DNA from: Acidilobaceae archaeon
Lineage (GTDB): Archaea > Thermoproteota > Thermoprotei_A > Sulfolobales > Acidilobaceae
NCBI GenBank assembly: GCA_026986415.1
Contig: JALSOR010000005.1
Location: forward strand, 1-63,599
Length of the DNA: 63,599 nucleotides
Direction of reading: 5' to 3'
How positions within the stretch are numbered: the stretch's first letter is position 1; each line of letters begins with the position of its first letter. Positions 33,193 through 43,393 of the stretch are shown here, piece by piece. Position numbers and translations under genes: made by a program. The notes below the pieces were generated by a model. It ran no database searches, was not told the origin of the DNA, and saw only the letters and a list, made by a program, of their open reading frames with translations.

Positions 33193-33748
33193 TTCCGACC
33201 CCAAAATGATTTCTCTCCTCAAATTTATCAGGAGGCTGGCGAGAGAGTACGGGTTGGACCCAGATAAGGCTGAGACCATATTCAGGGTCCTCCTAGAGAC
33301 GGATGCCGATAAGGGTATTAGCGATGAGGAGCTAGCCCAGAAGCTCGGCTATAAGCAGAGCGATGTTAGAAGAGTGCTCCGTCTCCTATACGTTTACAGG
33401 TTCGCAAACTATAGGCGTGGCAGGCATCCCAGGACCGGGGCTACAAGGTATTATTGGTATATTGATATCATGCACCTCAACATTGTTCTAGTATGGCTGA
33501 AGAAGGCCGTACTCGAGAAGCTAAAGTACAGGTTGGAGTACGAGGAGGCGAACATATTCTATAGGTGTCCTAGGGATGGGACCCGGTACACTTTCGAGGA
33601 GGCGTTCCAATACGACTTCCAATGCCCCCGCTGCGGCTCCATACTCGAAGAGGACGATAACACGCAAACCAAGAAAATCCTCGCCTCCTATATTAGACGG
33701 CTAGAGGAGGAGATAGAAGAGGATGAGAGAAGATTACGTGCTGATTGA
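33128..33748 (+). CDS. tfe: Transcription factor E alpha
   Basis: Winged helix (DEELA...VRRVL..LY...YYW) plus FYRC...FEEA..F.CPRCG zinc ribbon. Start is probably GTG 33179. Confidence 0.92.
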   Translation: MPRRRSYRKHAAKRWLVVENVDSDPKMISLLKFIRRLAREYGLDPDKAETIFRVLLETDADKGISDEELAQKLGYKQSDVRRVLRLLYVYRFANYRRGRHPRTGATRYYWYIDIMHLNIVLVWLKKAVLEKLKYRLEYEEANIFYRCPRDGTRYTFEEAFQYDFQCPRCGSILEEDDNTQTKKILASYIRRLEEEIEEDERRLRAD

Positions 33749-34739
33749 CCTTTTCAGCGGGGGAGGCGGATACGCTAGAGGTTTCGTGGACACGGGAAGA
33801 TACAGGCATGTCCTCGGTGTAGACAATTATCCTCCAGCCGCGAGAACATATACTGTAAACTTTCCCTCCGCGCAGTTCATCGCCGATGATATTAAAGAGG
33901 TAACTGGCAGGCTCATACGCGACTATACTGGGATCGGGAGGGGAGAGGTTGACGTTATAACGGCGAGCCCGCCTTGCGAGCCATTCACAGGGGCCAACCC
34001 TAAGCGGATGCGAGACCCTCTGGACCGCCTCTACCGGGATCCTGCCGGCCAGCTATTCTTACACGCTATCAGGCTCATCGGGGAGTTACAACCCCGAGTC
34101 TTTATTATAGAAAACGTTCCCGGGATAATGGAAGCCCCTATTAGGAGGTCGATACGCGCCGAGCTGGCCAGAGTAGGCTATGACACAGTATACTTCAACG
34201 TTCTAAGAGCAGAGGAGCATGGGACCCCTAGCAGGAGGATAAGGGTTTTCGTTTCCAACATACGCTTACAGCCTGCCAGGTCTAAGCCTCCAACTGTATG
34301 GGAGGCTCTAAAGGATCTGCCACCGCCGGGCTCCCCCTATCCTCCAAACCACGAGGCAGGACAAATACCCTCAAGGCATAGAAGGAGGCTCCCAAGGCTC
34401 AGGTGGGGAGAGAGCCTTATAACCTATCAGGGGGCGAAGAGGAGGCTCCCAAACTACATAAGATTGCACCCCTACAGGATCGCGCCTACAGTGATGGGCA
34501 CGAGCAGGTTCATACACCCCTTCGAGGACCGGCTCCTCACAGTTAGAGAACAGGCCAGGCTCATGGGATTCCCCGACTACCACGTCTTCGTTGGAAGCAG
34601 GGATGCACAGTACGATATGGTGGGAGAAGCCGTGCCGCCTCCCCTAGCCAGAAGTATCGCTCTTGTAGCCGCCGGAGTCCTAGACAATTATTATTCCGAT
34701 CATACACGCCACTCATTAGAGGAGAGAGAAGCCAGGTGA
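33723..34739 (+). CDS. DNA (cytosine-5)-methyltransferase family protein, orphan
   Basis: DLFSGGGG (motif I), SPPCEPF (IV), ENVPG (VI) and RLLTVREQARLMGFPD...VGEAVPP (IX/X). Confidence 0.93.
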   Translation: MREDYVLIDLFSGGGGYARGFVDTGRYRHVLGVDNYPPAARTYTVNFPSAQFIADDIKEVTGRLIRDYTGIGRGEVDVITASPPCEPFTGANPKRMRDPLDRLYRDPAGQLFLHAIRLIGELQPRVFIIENVPGIMEAPIRRSIRAELARVGYDTVYFNVLRAEEHGTPSRRIRVFVSNIRLQPARSKPPTVWEALKDLPPPGSPYPPNHEAGQIPSRHRRRLPRLRWGESLITYQGAKRRLPNYIRLHPYRIAPTVMGTSRFIHPFEDRLLTVREQARLMGFPDYHVFVGSRDAQYDMVGEAVPPPLARSIALVAAGVLDNYYSDHTRHSLEEREAR

Positions 34740-34746
34740 TAATCTT

Positions 34747-35205
34747 ATGGCCGAGATAATACCCGTAATACATAATGTTAGTAGCGTACAGAGGCTCGTG
34801 GACAGTGTGAGGGTTGCCTACTCCCTCGGTGCTAGAACCGTTGTCGCCTCAAAAGTCTATGGTGGGGCCGCACAGAGCGGCGTGCCGGAAGCCATGCGCA
34901 TCGCCCTCAAACTCGACAGGTCCCTTCTAGTCCTATCAGACCTCAGGGACGCTTTCGAGCTCCTCAACCCCGACCATGTATACCTGGTAACCAGAGACTA
35001 CGCGGAAATGGAGATCGACCCGTCAACTCCCAGCCTCGAGGTTAAGAACCGCGTGCTAATAGTCTTCTCCGGGGCGGACCCGGAGTTCTCCCCCGCAGAG
35101 CTCAAACTTGGAACCCCCATCTACTTCAGAGGGGTAAAACAACGTTTAGGGCCTGTAGGGGAAGCCGCCCTCCTCCTATACTATCTTCTCGGAGATAGGG
35201 GGTAG
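34747..35205 (+). CDS. DUF2122-like SPOUT-fold protein
   Basis: HNVSSVQRL, GGAAQSGVPE and VFSG motifs; crenarchaeal neighbour of the methylase. Confidence 0.7.
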   Translation: MAEIIPVIHNVSSVQRLVDSVRVAYSLGARTVVASKVYGGAAQSGVPEAMRIALKLDRSLLVLSDLRDAFELLNPDHVYLVTRDYAEMEIDPSTPSLEVKNRVLIVFSGADPEFSPAELKLGTPIYFRGVKQRLGPVGEAALLLYYLLGDRG

Positions 35206-35209
35206 CCGG

Positions 35210-36373
35210 ATGGCGTCAACCGGTAGGACGGTCAAGGAGCTCCTAAAACTTATAAGACACTATTCTAGCGTTGCAATCGATATGGCACTCTACGCTCTCT
35301 ACTCTGGAGACAAGTCTATAGCACTGGAGACCCTGAAAATCGAGAGGAAAGTCGACGACTATGTTAGAGAGCTCATAAGCCGTGTCAGCCTCGCCATACG
35401 AGACCCTGACGATGCAGGCCTAGCAGTCGGGATCGCCGAAGTGGGGCGCGCGCTAGACAAGGTTACAGACGCTGCCGGGGATCTCGCAGGGCTCGTGCTG
35501 AGAGGATACCCGGTGCACGACTATATCAGACACATAATAAACTGTTGCGGCGACCTTGTCCTCCTACTCCATAGTAAGAAGAGTCTCAGGGATCTCCCCT
35601 CAATAGTCGACCTCTTACTTGTCAAACGGGGCGAGACTTACCTTGTAGCCCCCGAGCTCACGAAAATAGAGAAAGGGGACCTAGTAGTTGTCAGGGGGAC
35701 CTTCGACGAGATACAAGAGCTAGCAAGGGCTGTTGGGGACGCGGATGCCGTGGAGAGCATACGTGCCTCGACAGTAACCAACAATATACCGGGAGAGGAG
35801 CTCGCAAGCCGGCTTCTAAGAATAAAAACGCTCGCAAGACTCGCGCTCGACCTCGCATTCCACTCGATTATTTATGGGGATCAGAGCGTGGCTAGCCTTG
35901 TAGGCGAGATGGAAGACACTGTTGACAGCCTATACCATGAAATCTTAGAATACTCCTATTACGAGTCAAACCCCTCCATAGCCAGGGAAATGGTCTCAAT
36001 CGCAATATTCGACACGGCAATGGAAACTATTGCAGACGCTGCCATGCAGCTCTCGAACATTGTGAAAAGGATAGACGAGTACAGCATACTGATAAGCGAG
36101 GCTCTCGAGGAAGCGGAAGAGGTATACTTAAAACTCAGAGTCACAGGGAAGCTTGACGGCAAACGCCTGGGAGACCTGGGCCTTGCAGACCTGGGACTCT
36201 CGGTAATAGCGATAGGCAAGAATGGGGGCTGGATAGTTCCTGTAACTCCTGACAGGGTTCTAGAGGAGGGCGACATTGTTCTCGCTAAATATTACAGGCC
36301 GGAGAACGAGGATAAAGAGGAGAGGATCGAAGATATTCTAGAGCAAATGGGGTTCGAAATAGAGGAGGACTAG
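35210..36373 (+). CDS. PhoU/TrkA-C (RCK_C) repeat regulatory protein
   Basis: Two PhoU-like helical repeats (D.A.Y...E..VD), each followed by a TrkA-C-like domain (L..GD.V). Confidence 0.8.
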   Translation: MASTGRTVKELLKLIRHYSSVAIDMALYALYSGDKSIALETLKIERKVDDYVRELISRVSLAIRDPDDAGLAVGIAEVGRALDKVTDAAGDLAGLVLRGYPVHDYIRHIINCCGDLVLLLHSKKSLRDLPSIVDLLLVKRGETYLVAPELTKIEKGDLVVVRGTFDEIQELARAVGDADAVESIRASTVTNNIPGEELASRLLRIKTLARLALDLAFHSIIYGDQSVASLVGEMEDTVDSLYHEILEYSYYESNPSIAREMVSIAIFDTAMETIADAAMQLSNIVKRIDEYSILISEALEEAEEVYLKLRVTGKLDGKRLGDLGLADLGLSVIAIGKNGGWIVPVTPDRVLEEGDIVLAKYYRPENEDKEERIEDILEQMGFEIEED

Positions 36374-36422
36374 ACGGGTATAATGAGGGTGGCAACATAA
36401 CGTTTATAGCGGGGATTAAAGG

Positions 36423-37661
36423 ATGCCCCGTATCCCCCCAGAGCTCTGCGCTAAGTGTAAAGGATATAAGAGGCTATGCGGGCTCCCGAGATGCCCTATC
36501 CTAGACATGTTCCGGGGCCAGCTCCAGGCGTCGCTAAAACTTTCAGGCAACTTGGCCCGGGGGGATACACCCCCGGGAGCCCTAGTGGGGGAGTCTGGAT
36601 ACCCGAAGGTCAACCTCTACTTTCTAATCCCCCCGGGAGAGCATGGCGATAATGCGAGATTCTACGACGATCCTATCATCTGGGAGGAAAAGCGTGTACC
36701 GCTATCCCAGATTATACGGCTCCGCTCGGGTATGGTGGCCGGGCGGTTAGCGCTGGATGCGAAGAACCCTTTCTCACTCTACGAGTCGGAGGTGGCGTTA
36801 GCTGTCGTAAGCGAGAGGCCTGTCTCCTCTGAGGCCCTACTCGCTAAGCCTCCGCTTCCAAGACTGCGCTTCCACGGGATAACAAAGCCGTTAGGGCCCG
36901 TGGCTCCGGCCGAGAAGGTGGTTATAGATGGTTCTCCCAGGGTGCCCCGCAGGCTTGAAATGCTTATCTGGGATGATGCTAGCGCGAGAGATGCCGTCTG
37001 GGAAGCCTACAGGTCCGGAATCGACATTTATACTATACAAAGGGCGTTCTCCCTGGGTATGATGGGGCGTCTCAAGAGGAGGAGGCTAGTACCGACAAGG
37101 TGGAGCATAACTGCCGTGGACGAGCTACTCTCTGGTGTAATACGTGAACATATTCGTGTCAACCCCCCAGTTGACAATGTTGAAGTGTACCATAACACCT
37201 ATCTTGGCAACAAGTTCACCGTCATACTCCTCCCAGGACCCGGCAGCATAGAGTGGGTCGAAGTATGGCACCCCAACACCATATGGACCCGAGGCTCCAG
37301 CAAGCCTGTAGTATACAGCCTCTACGAGGACCCGCTAGGTAAAAAGACGATGGAGGATGGGGGATACTCTGCCGCTAAAATAGCGGTCCTAGAACACCTC
37401 TGGAAACGGGGTAGAACCGCTGACATCGTCATAATCAGAGAGATACTTCCAAGCTACTATGCTCCCATCGGCAACTGGCATATAAGGGAGACTGTCCGTA
37501 GAGCTCTCGGCTCGGGCCCCGTCGCGAGCTTCTCCAGCATTCAAGAGGCTAAATCCCTAGTGGATAGGCTTGTCTCCAGAGAATACCGCGACCTCATTTA
37601 TTCGAGAACAGGCCTTCTCGGCTACAAGCGGAAAACCACACGGCTTACAGATTACTTTTAA
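36423..37661 (+). CDS. nreA: Nre-family DNA repair protein with C-terminal PIP box
   Basis: LCAKCKG..LCG...CP, RRLVPTRWSITAVD, IGNWHIRE and C-terminal TTRLTDYF. Confidence 0.93.
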   Translation: MPRIPPELCAKCKGYKRLCGLPRCPILDMFRGQLQASLKLSGNLARGDTPPGALVGESGYPKVNLYFLIPPGEHGDNARFYDDPIIWEEKRVPLSQIIRLRSGMVAGRLALDAKNPFSLYESEVALAVVSERPVSSEALLAKPPLPRLRFHGITKPLGPVAPAEKVVIDGSPRVPRRLEMLIWDDASARDAVWEAYRSGIDIYTIQRAFSLGMMGRLKRRRLVPTRWSITAVDELLSGVIREHIRVNPPVDNVEVYHNTYLGNKFTVILLPGPGSIEWVEVWHPNTIWTRGSSKPVVYSLYEDPLGKKTMEDGGYSAAKIAVLEHLWKRGRTADIVIIREILPSYYAPIGNWHIRETVRRALGSGPVASFSSIQEAKSLVDRLVSREYRDLIYSRTGLLGYKRKTTRLTDYF

Positions 37662-37926
37662 TTTCCTAATAATATCAGTGAACGTTCAGGTTTCGACATT
37701 CGCCGTTACCACCTATCACAGTGTTAACCGGGGGGTTAACAGTCTACGACAATAGCTACTACCACCCGGCAAGGAAGGTTCACACATGGTTTCTTGCCGG
37801 TGAAGGGCAGGGTAGTACGTATACCATTCTACAAACAGTAATATCTCAAGCTTAACCAGGTCTAAACACGAACACTAACCCCCGACCATAATACACCGTG
37901 TGTATAGTTGTAGTAGATACTGGCGG
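37662..37926. other. Candidate replication origin (whiP-linked), non-coding region with inverted repeats
   Basis: 265-bp gap between convergent nre and whiP. Contains TGTTAACC-N4-GGTTAACA (37722-37741) and nested TACTACC/CCGGCAAG...CTTGCCGG/GGTAGTA (37757-37817). Confidence 0.5.
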
Positions 37927-38685
37927 CTATCCACTGCATTCTGCGAGTAGCCGTTTAGCGTTCTTAGAGAGGCCTATCCTTATACCGAGCTTGGGGTCAG
38001 TGTAGAGGTAGACTAGATTCTTGGATTGTAGCTTCCGTGCTACTGTTAGGAGCCATTTGTAGTCTGCGTGCATGAGCTCTGCGAGCTGGTCGATGTACAT
38101 GTATGTGCTACCCCATTTCGTGTAGTGTGACAGAACGGCTGATAGGAGGTCTATCTCGTCCTCTTCAAGGTCGTGCTCTACAAGTGATAGGAGGCATGCG
38201 GCCTGTTCGGCCCTATCTTGCAGTTTATTGCCTGGTTGACGTTTTTTGGCGGCAATGAATGGCAATGAAGGATCGTGTCCGGGCGCTGACAGCGTTTTTG
38301 TTTTGTTGTTTCTTGCCGTCTTAACGTGTGTGTTCGATATGATACGTTGGGCTAGGGCTGCTAGCCTGTCATATTTCTCGTCGGACTCTCTTTCAGCTAC
38401 TACCTGCGCGTACTCCTCGCCGAGCGGGGTAAGCATCCAGAAGCCGGCGGTATACTCTACATACCCACGGGTTTTCCAGTAGGAGAGATAGCTCGATACG
38501 TACCGTGTCTCTAGTCCTAGAAGGCCTGCTATTTCGGCTGCTCGCATCGGCCTGCTGAGCAGGAGAACCATTATTGCGTCGACAATTTTGCTTCTAGGCC
38601 CGGTACGGGTCTTGCCGGGGGCTGTCGTGCGTCCCTGTTTGCCCTTTATCCTGGCTATGATATCTTCATAGTTCCTGTCCACCAC
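37927..38685 (-). CDS. whiP: Winged-helix replication initiator WhiP
   Basis: RSKIVDAIMVLLLSRPMRAAEIA...YVSSYLSYWKTRGYV wHTH, plus a second wHTH (WGSTYMYIDQL...LQSKNLVYLY). Confidence 0.85.
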   Translation of the reverse strand: MVDRNYEDIIARIKGKQGRTTAPGKTRTGPRSKIVDAIMVLLLSRPMRAAEIAGLLGLETRYVSSYLSYWKTRGYVEYTAGFWMLTPLGEEYAQVVAERESDEKYDRLAALAQRIISNTHVKTARNNKTKTLSAPGHDPSLPFIAAKKRQPGNKLQDRAEQAACLLSLVEHDLEEDEIDLLSAVLSHYTKWGSTYMYIDQLAELMHADYKWLLTVARKLQSKNLVYLYTDPKLGIRIGLSKNAKRLLAECSG

Positions 38686-38714
38686 GCTCGCACCATTACT
38701 ATTCTTTTACATCT

Positions 38715-39389
38715 TTACTCTCCGGGGTATGGGTTCGATCGTGGTGTTACACGGGTAGTATCGTGTCTTGCGCATTCCTCTGAGAGTATGTTTATGCAGG
38801 CGGTGAGAATCTTGTGTTGGCAGCGTGCTGGAGCTATTATGATAACCCCCCGGTTAACGGTGCGGGGGAGCAGGCCTGAAACGGCACGTACTATCTCGTC
38901 GGGGACGCCCGGCAAGACGAGCTCGCCGTCGCGCACGCTACCGATAACGCTCGCCCGGCATCCCTCCATGACGATATGGTCCCGGAAAAGGTAGACGTCG
39001 GTAAGCGTGCCCGGCCCTTCAACACAATTAATATTGCAGTAGAAGTAGCCGTCTCCCCATAAAACGCCGTATCCCCGCCCCCAACGCATAGAGCTCATGA
39101 TATCGTCCAGGACCGCCCTACCGAGAGGCGCTAGTATGGCCCCATAAGGGGTAGTTATTGTTAGCCCAGCCTTTTCTGTATGCGAGAGCAGGGTTTTAAC
39201 AGGCCTCTCCCCCAGCCCGAGGAGCCGCGAGATTGTGGGTCTCCCGGCAGGATGGTCTGCCAGAAGGCGTAGTACTGCCAGGACATGCCCTGCCCGGTAG
39301 CCTCTACAGCCTCCCCTCCTCTCCCCTGCTAGGCTCGCGAGAAGTCTGGCCGCCTCGCAGGCCGACTCTGGGCATGACATCCCATGCAC
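38715..39389 (-). CDS. HTH-containing protein (DUF2111/DUF4443-like)
   Basis: GRPTISRLLGLGERPVKTL..L...GL wHTH, followed by RDH.V..G. Confidence 0.6.
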   Translation of the reverse strand: MHGMSCPESACEAARLLASLAGERRGGCRGYRAGHVLAVLRLLADHPAGRPTISRLLGLGERPVKTLLSHTEKAGLTITTPYGAILAPLGRAVLDDIMSSMRWGRGYGVLWGDGYFYCNINCVEGPGTLTDVYLFRDHIVMEGCRASVIGSVRDGELVLPGVPDEIVRAVSGLLPRTVNRGVIIIAPARCQHKILTACINILSEECARHDTTRVTPRSNPYPGE

Positions 39390-39642
39390 CCTCTTCGGGG
39401 AACACGCCGTTCTCTATCATGAAGACTGCAAGATCCTGAGGGGTGATCTCCCTGTCAGACAGTATTGCACGCTTAAGCCTGTCCCAGTCGGGCCTTACTT
39501 TTTTCCCGAAATCCTCCCAGAGCCACTCTGAAACAGTATTCTCACTAATACTGTTACTTTTAACTATTTGATCTATCAGGGCCCCTTTAACGGCCTTCTC
39601 CCATGCTGCAAGCCTACGGGGGTTAAGAGGCATCCGGGTCAC
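39304..39642 (-). CDS. Conserved hypothetical protein
   Basis: 112-aa ORF with typical coding composition (WLWEDFG, EEGAW). Confidence 0.65.
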   Translation of the reverse strand: MTRMPLNPRRLAAWEKAVKGALIDQIVKSNSISENTVSEWLWEDFGKKVRPDWDRLKRAILSDREITPQDLAVFMIENGVFPEEGAWDVMPRVGLRGGQTSREPSRGEEGRL

Positions 39643-39736
39643 CGAGTATTCTGTTCGCCGCGAGGGTTAAGTATTATTAGAGTAGTGCAGGCGGGAACCC
39701 GTTTAACCTTCCCCAGCAATAGTCATTCTTAACCGG

Positions 39737-40693
39737 GTGTCCCCCGGGTTGACGCTCTACGATTTGAAAGGGAGAGATCTAGTCTGCCTCACAGAGTATA
39801 CGGGAGAGGAGATTAGACGTATAATAGAGGCTGGCCTGGACTTCAAGAGGCGGTACTATTCGGGCGAGAGGAGCATACCTGTACTGTCAGGTAAGAGTAT
39901 CGCAATGATATTTGAGAAGCCCAGCACGCGCACGAGGGTCAGCTTCGAGGTGGCCGCCTGGGAGTTGGGAGCGAAAGCATTGTATCTGGGATGGAGAGAC
40001 CTCCAACTCGGACGTGGAGAGACAATAGAAGACACGGGAAGAGTTCTCTCGAGGTATGTGGACGGTATAGTTGCCAGGGTCAAGGAGCATGAGAAGCTTG
40101 AGCGGCTCGCTTCCGCGGCCGATGTGCCGGTAATCAATGCCCTGAGCGATTTGAGCCATCCATGCCAGGCCCTAGCGGATTATATGACCCTTTTAGAGCT
40201 GAAAGGGAGGTTGGAAGGATTAACACTAGCGTTTGTGGGAGACGGGTCCGACAACGTGCTTCACAGCCTTCTAGTTGCCGGCGCGAAACTCGGCGTTAAT
40301 ATAAGGGTTGCGAGTCCGAGAGAGTTGAGGCCTGACAGTAGGATTCTCGAGCATGCTCTTAGCGCGGCCAAGAAGACTGGTGCTAGAATAGAGATAGTCG
40401 AGGACCCGTTTGAGGCCGTCAAAGATGCTGACGCGATATATACCGACGTGTGGGTTAGCATGGGGCAGGAGGAGATGAGAGAGGAGAAGGTCCGGCTTCT
40501 CAGGAAATACCAGGTGAACACGGAGCTCATGTCACATGCTAAGCCGGACGCGGTGTTTATGCACTGCCTACCAGCGCATAGAGGAGAGGAGGTTACAGAC
40601 GAAGTTATCGATGGTCCTAGAAGCGCTGTCTGGGTCGAGGCGGAGAACAGGCTGCACGTGCAGAAGGCTATTCTTGCCCTACTATTATCCTAA
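39737..40693 (+). CDS. argF: Ornithine carbamoyltransferase
   Basis: [29 protein letters not shown] and [10 protein letters not shown] motifs. Confidence 0.97.
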   Translation: MSPGLTLYDLKGRDLVCLTEYTGEEIRRIIEAGLDFKRRYYSGERSIPVLSGKSIAMIFEKPSTRTRVSFEVAAWELGAKALYLGWRDLQLGRGETIEDTGRVLSRYVDGIVARVKEHEKLERLASAADVPVINALSDLSHPCQALADYMTLLELKGRLEGLTLAFVGDGSDNVLHSLLVAGAKLGVNIRVASPRELRPDSRILEHALSAAKKTGARIEIVEDPFEAVKDADAIYTDVWVSMGQEEMREEKVRLLRKYQVNTELMSHAKPDAVFMHCLPAHRGEEVTDEVIDGPRSAVWVEAENRLHVQKAILALLLS

Positions 40694-40737
40694 AATTTTT
40701 TATATAAGGCTTATGTTAACCGGGGAGTTTACAGGTG

Positions 40738-41355
40738 CTATCCTAGCCTGATCCTCACCGCGCCCTCCCTGTAAACGGTGACCCTCCCCTCGGAAACGTC
40801 TACTACAGTGCTCGCCTCCCCGATCTTCGCAGGGCCACAGTCAATATAGAGATCAACCTGCTCTCCAAGCTGTGACACGCTTTCATAAACTGTTACCGGC
40901 GGAGTCCTCCCACTCCTATTAGCACTAGTCCCCACCACTGCGCCTCCAAGCCTCCTAGCAATAGCCCTAACCAGCGGGGCATCGGGAAGGCGGACCCCAA
41001 TCCTCTTCCATGCCTTTAAGTGTTCGGGGGCCCGCGGAGACGCTGGAGCAACAATAGTTAGAGCTCCAGGCCAGTATCTTAGGGCTAGGTCCCAGAAGAG
41101 AGGGCTGGTCTCGACAAGCAGTAGGGCATGGTGGGCCTCGCCGAGGAGGAGTGGCAGTGGTTTATCGGCAGGCCGCTTTTTCACCTTGTAGACTCTCAGT
41201 ACGGCTTCCCTATTGAAAGGATCAGCTATTAGGCCGTAAAGAGTGTCTGTCCCAACCACTACTAGCCCTCCACGCTTGAGAATCCTGGTTGCCCTCTCAA
41301 CAACCTGGGGGCTCTCACAGTAGCAGTCGGCCTCTACTATTTCTATGCCAGCCAA
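40738..41355 (-). CDS. Threonylcarbamoyl-AMP synthase (TsaC/YrdC type, no SUA5 domain)
   Basis: TDTLYGL, K.RP..KPL, WPGALT, TSANRSG and STVVD motifs. Confidence 0.93.
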   Translation of the reverse strand: MAGIEIVEADCYCESPQVVERATRILKRGGLVVVGTDTLYGLIADPFNREAVLRVYKVKKRPADKPLPLLLGEAHHALLLVETSPLFWDLALRYWPGALTIVAPASPRAPEHLKAWKRIGVRLPDAPLVRAIARRLGGAVVGTSANRSGRTPPVTVYESVSQLGEQVDLYIDCGPAKIGEASTVVDVSEGRVTVYREGAVRIRLG

Positions 41356-41512
41356 CAGTGCACACCCTGGGGATAACCCTTTAAGAAAGGTTCCCCTATA
41401 CTATCGAGGCAAAAATAATGTTACATGTGTGGGGAGGGCGCCAAGCCCTAGAGAACCATTAGCTAATATAAGTTTGCGGGGAACGCTCATATCTTTAAGG
41501 GGTGCGGATCAA

Positions 41513-42637
41513 GTGTCAAGAACAACTATAGACGTGTCGAAGCTAGAGATAAACAAGAGACAACTAGCAAGACTGCTAAGGGAGGTTAAAAAGTGGAGTG
41601 CTCCCGCCACAGTCCTGCTAAGCCTATATATACCGCCTGGAAGGCCTATTAGCGACGTTATGAGCCTCTTACGCCAGGAGTATTCTACGGCCGACAACAT
41701 TAAACTTAAGAAGACACGGCAAGCCGTTAAGAGGGCTCTAGCTGCCGCTATGGACAGGCTACAGATGATACCTAAAGTCCCCCCGAACGGTCTCGTCTTG
41801 TTCTGCGGGGAAAACATGGACACGGGCGACTTCGCATGCTACGTCTTCAGCCCGCCCGAGAAGGTCCCCGTATTCTACTATAGGACGGATAAGAGGTTCA
41901 TAACGGACTTTCTAGACGAAATGGTGGAGAACGAGGACGTGATAGGCATACTGATAGTCGAGAGGGACCAGGGGACGATCGGCATACTTAAAGGTAGCAG
42001 GCTCCAAGTGCTGGAAGAAGTAAGCGACTATATCCCCGGGAAGCATAAGATGGGAGGCCAGAGCCAGAGGCGATACGATAGAATCATAGAACAGATGGTG
42101 GAAGAATTCTATAAGAGGTTCGCGGAACACGCTAGGAGGCAGTTGGAGCCATACCTTACTAAGGGGAAGCTTAAGGGCATAATTGTGGCTGGCCCCGGGC
42201 TCGCCAAGGTAGACTTTGTCAAGGGTAAATACTTAGACTATAGGTTACAGCAGCTCGTCTCTAAAGAACTCGTTGACGTTGCATACCAGGGAGACCAGGG
42301 ATTAAAGGAGGCCGTGATGAAAGCACACGATGTCGTGCAAGCCCAAAAGTATAGGGATGCTATCAACGCGCTAGAGGAGTTTAAGAAGTATCTCGTGAAA
42401 GACACGGGCATGATCGTCTACGGGCCACGAGAGGTTGAAGAAGCACTCAACATGGGCATGGTAAGAACACTACTGATCCACGAGGACAGGGAAGACCTGG
42501 AGGAGTGGAGAGACAAGGCCAAAATGAGCGGGGCCGAAGTAATCGTTATCCCCTCTAGCCTGCCAGAGGCGGAATGGTTCAAGAAAACATTCGATGGCCT
42601 GGCAGGAATACTCAGGTATAAGCTAGCGAGAAGATAA
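41513..42637 (+). CDS. prf1: Peptide chain release factor aRF1
   Basis: LSLYIPP, NIKL (NIKS variant) and GGQS motifs. Start set at GTG 41513 after GGGGTG. Confidence 0.96.
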   Translation: MSRTTIDVSKLEINKRQLARLLREVKKWSAPATVLLSLYIPPGRPISDVMSLLRQEYSTADNIKLKKTRQAVKRALAAAMDRLQMIPKVPPNGLVLFCGENMDTGDFACYVFSPPEKVPVFYYRTDKRFITDFLDEMVENEDVIGILIVERDQGTIGILKGSRLQVLEEVSDYIPGKHKMGGQSQRRYDRIIEQMVEEFYKRFAEHARRQLEPYLTKGKLKGIIVAGPGLAKVDFVKGKYLDYRLQQLVSKELVDVAYQGDQGLKEAVMKAHDVVQAQKYRDAINALEEFKKYLVKDTGMIVYGPREVEEALNMGMVRTLLIHEDREDLEEWRDKAKMSGAEVIVIPSSLPEAEWFKKTFDGLAGILRYKLARR

Positions 42638-42652
42638 GATCCGGGGGGAACC

Positions 42653-43192
42653 CTAATCTTTGGAGAGGCTTTTCCTGAGACGCTCCACAGCACCTATCTC
42701 GAGGAGGAACTCTGCGGTCGAGGGGGTAACCGTTTCTATCCATCTCGGATCCCCAGCCGCGATGAGCCTCCTTATACGCTCGCCCCTCCACTCTCCCCTG
42801 TTGAAGAGCGGGGGCTCTACAACACCTATACCTGCATCCTCGAAGATCTTTGATATAACGGGGTTCCGAGTCAGTATCGCGTCGACCCTTGGAACATAGG
42901 AGAGCACGTAGTACACGCTCCCTATACTCGTTTCCAACGTCCTGATAGTGGCGGTTATGAATTTGTCCAGAGAGTATCCTTCGTCTCTAAGGGAGAGCCT
43001 TATCATCTCTATTCTTTCACCTGCAGTGAAGGGGTTCCTTGGGGTGTAGTTTTCAGATGCCATCCCCACTAGGAAGACGATCTCGTCAAAACCATTGTTT
43101 ATAGCCCAGTTGACTATCGCCAGGTGCCCCTTGTGGAACGGTTGGAATCTCCCGAAGATAAGCGCCCTTCGAGGTCTTCCGGCTTTCACCAT
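42653..43192 (-). CDS. nadM: Nicotinamide-nucleotide adenylyltransferase
   Basis: GRFQPFHKGH and NPFTAGERIEM motifs. Confidence 0.95.
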   Translation of the reverse strand: MVKAGRPRRALIFGRFQPFHKGHLAIVNWAINNGFDEIVFLVGMASENYTPRNPFTAGERIEMIRLSLRDEGYSLDKFITATIRTLETSIGSVYYVLSYVPRVDAILTRNPVISKIFEDAGIGVVEPPLFNRGEWRGERIRRLIAAGDPRWIETVTPSTAEFLLEIGAVERLRKSLSKD

Positions 43193-43393
43193 AGTGCACC
43201 CTTATCTTCGCAACCCTAAAACTACTGTTATCCGAATATCTTATTAGCATGTTACCGGGATTTTCTATGCTAATTATTCATAACACGGCATAGATTATAT
43301 GTATTGCCCATGAAGCGGGCCTCCATGTCGGGAAACCTTATAGGGCCTATTTAATCATGACCTATACTGGACTCCGGTTTGAGGTGGACAGTA

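Noticed and set aside
41345..41512. Long N-terminal extensions on aRF1 (similarly PAN, aldo/keto reductase, L14e)
   Set aside because: These are longest-ORF artefacts. The extensions cover promoter DNA and better starts with ribosome-binding sites lie downstream.
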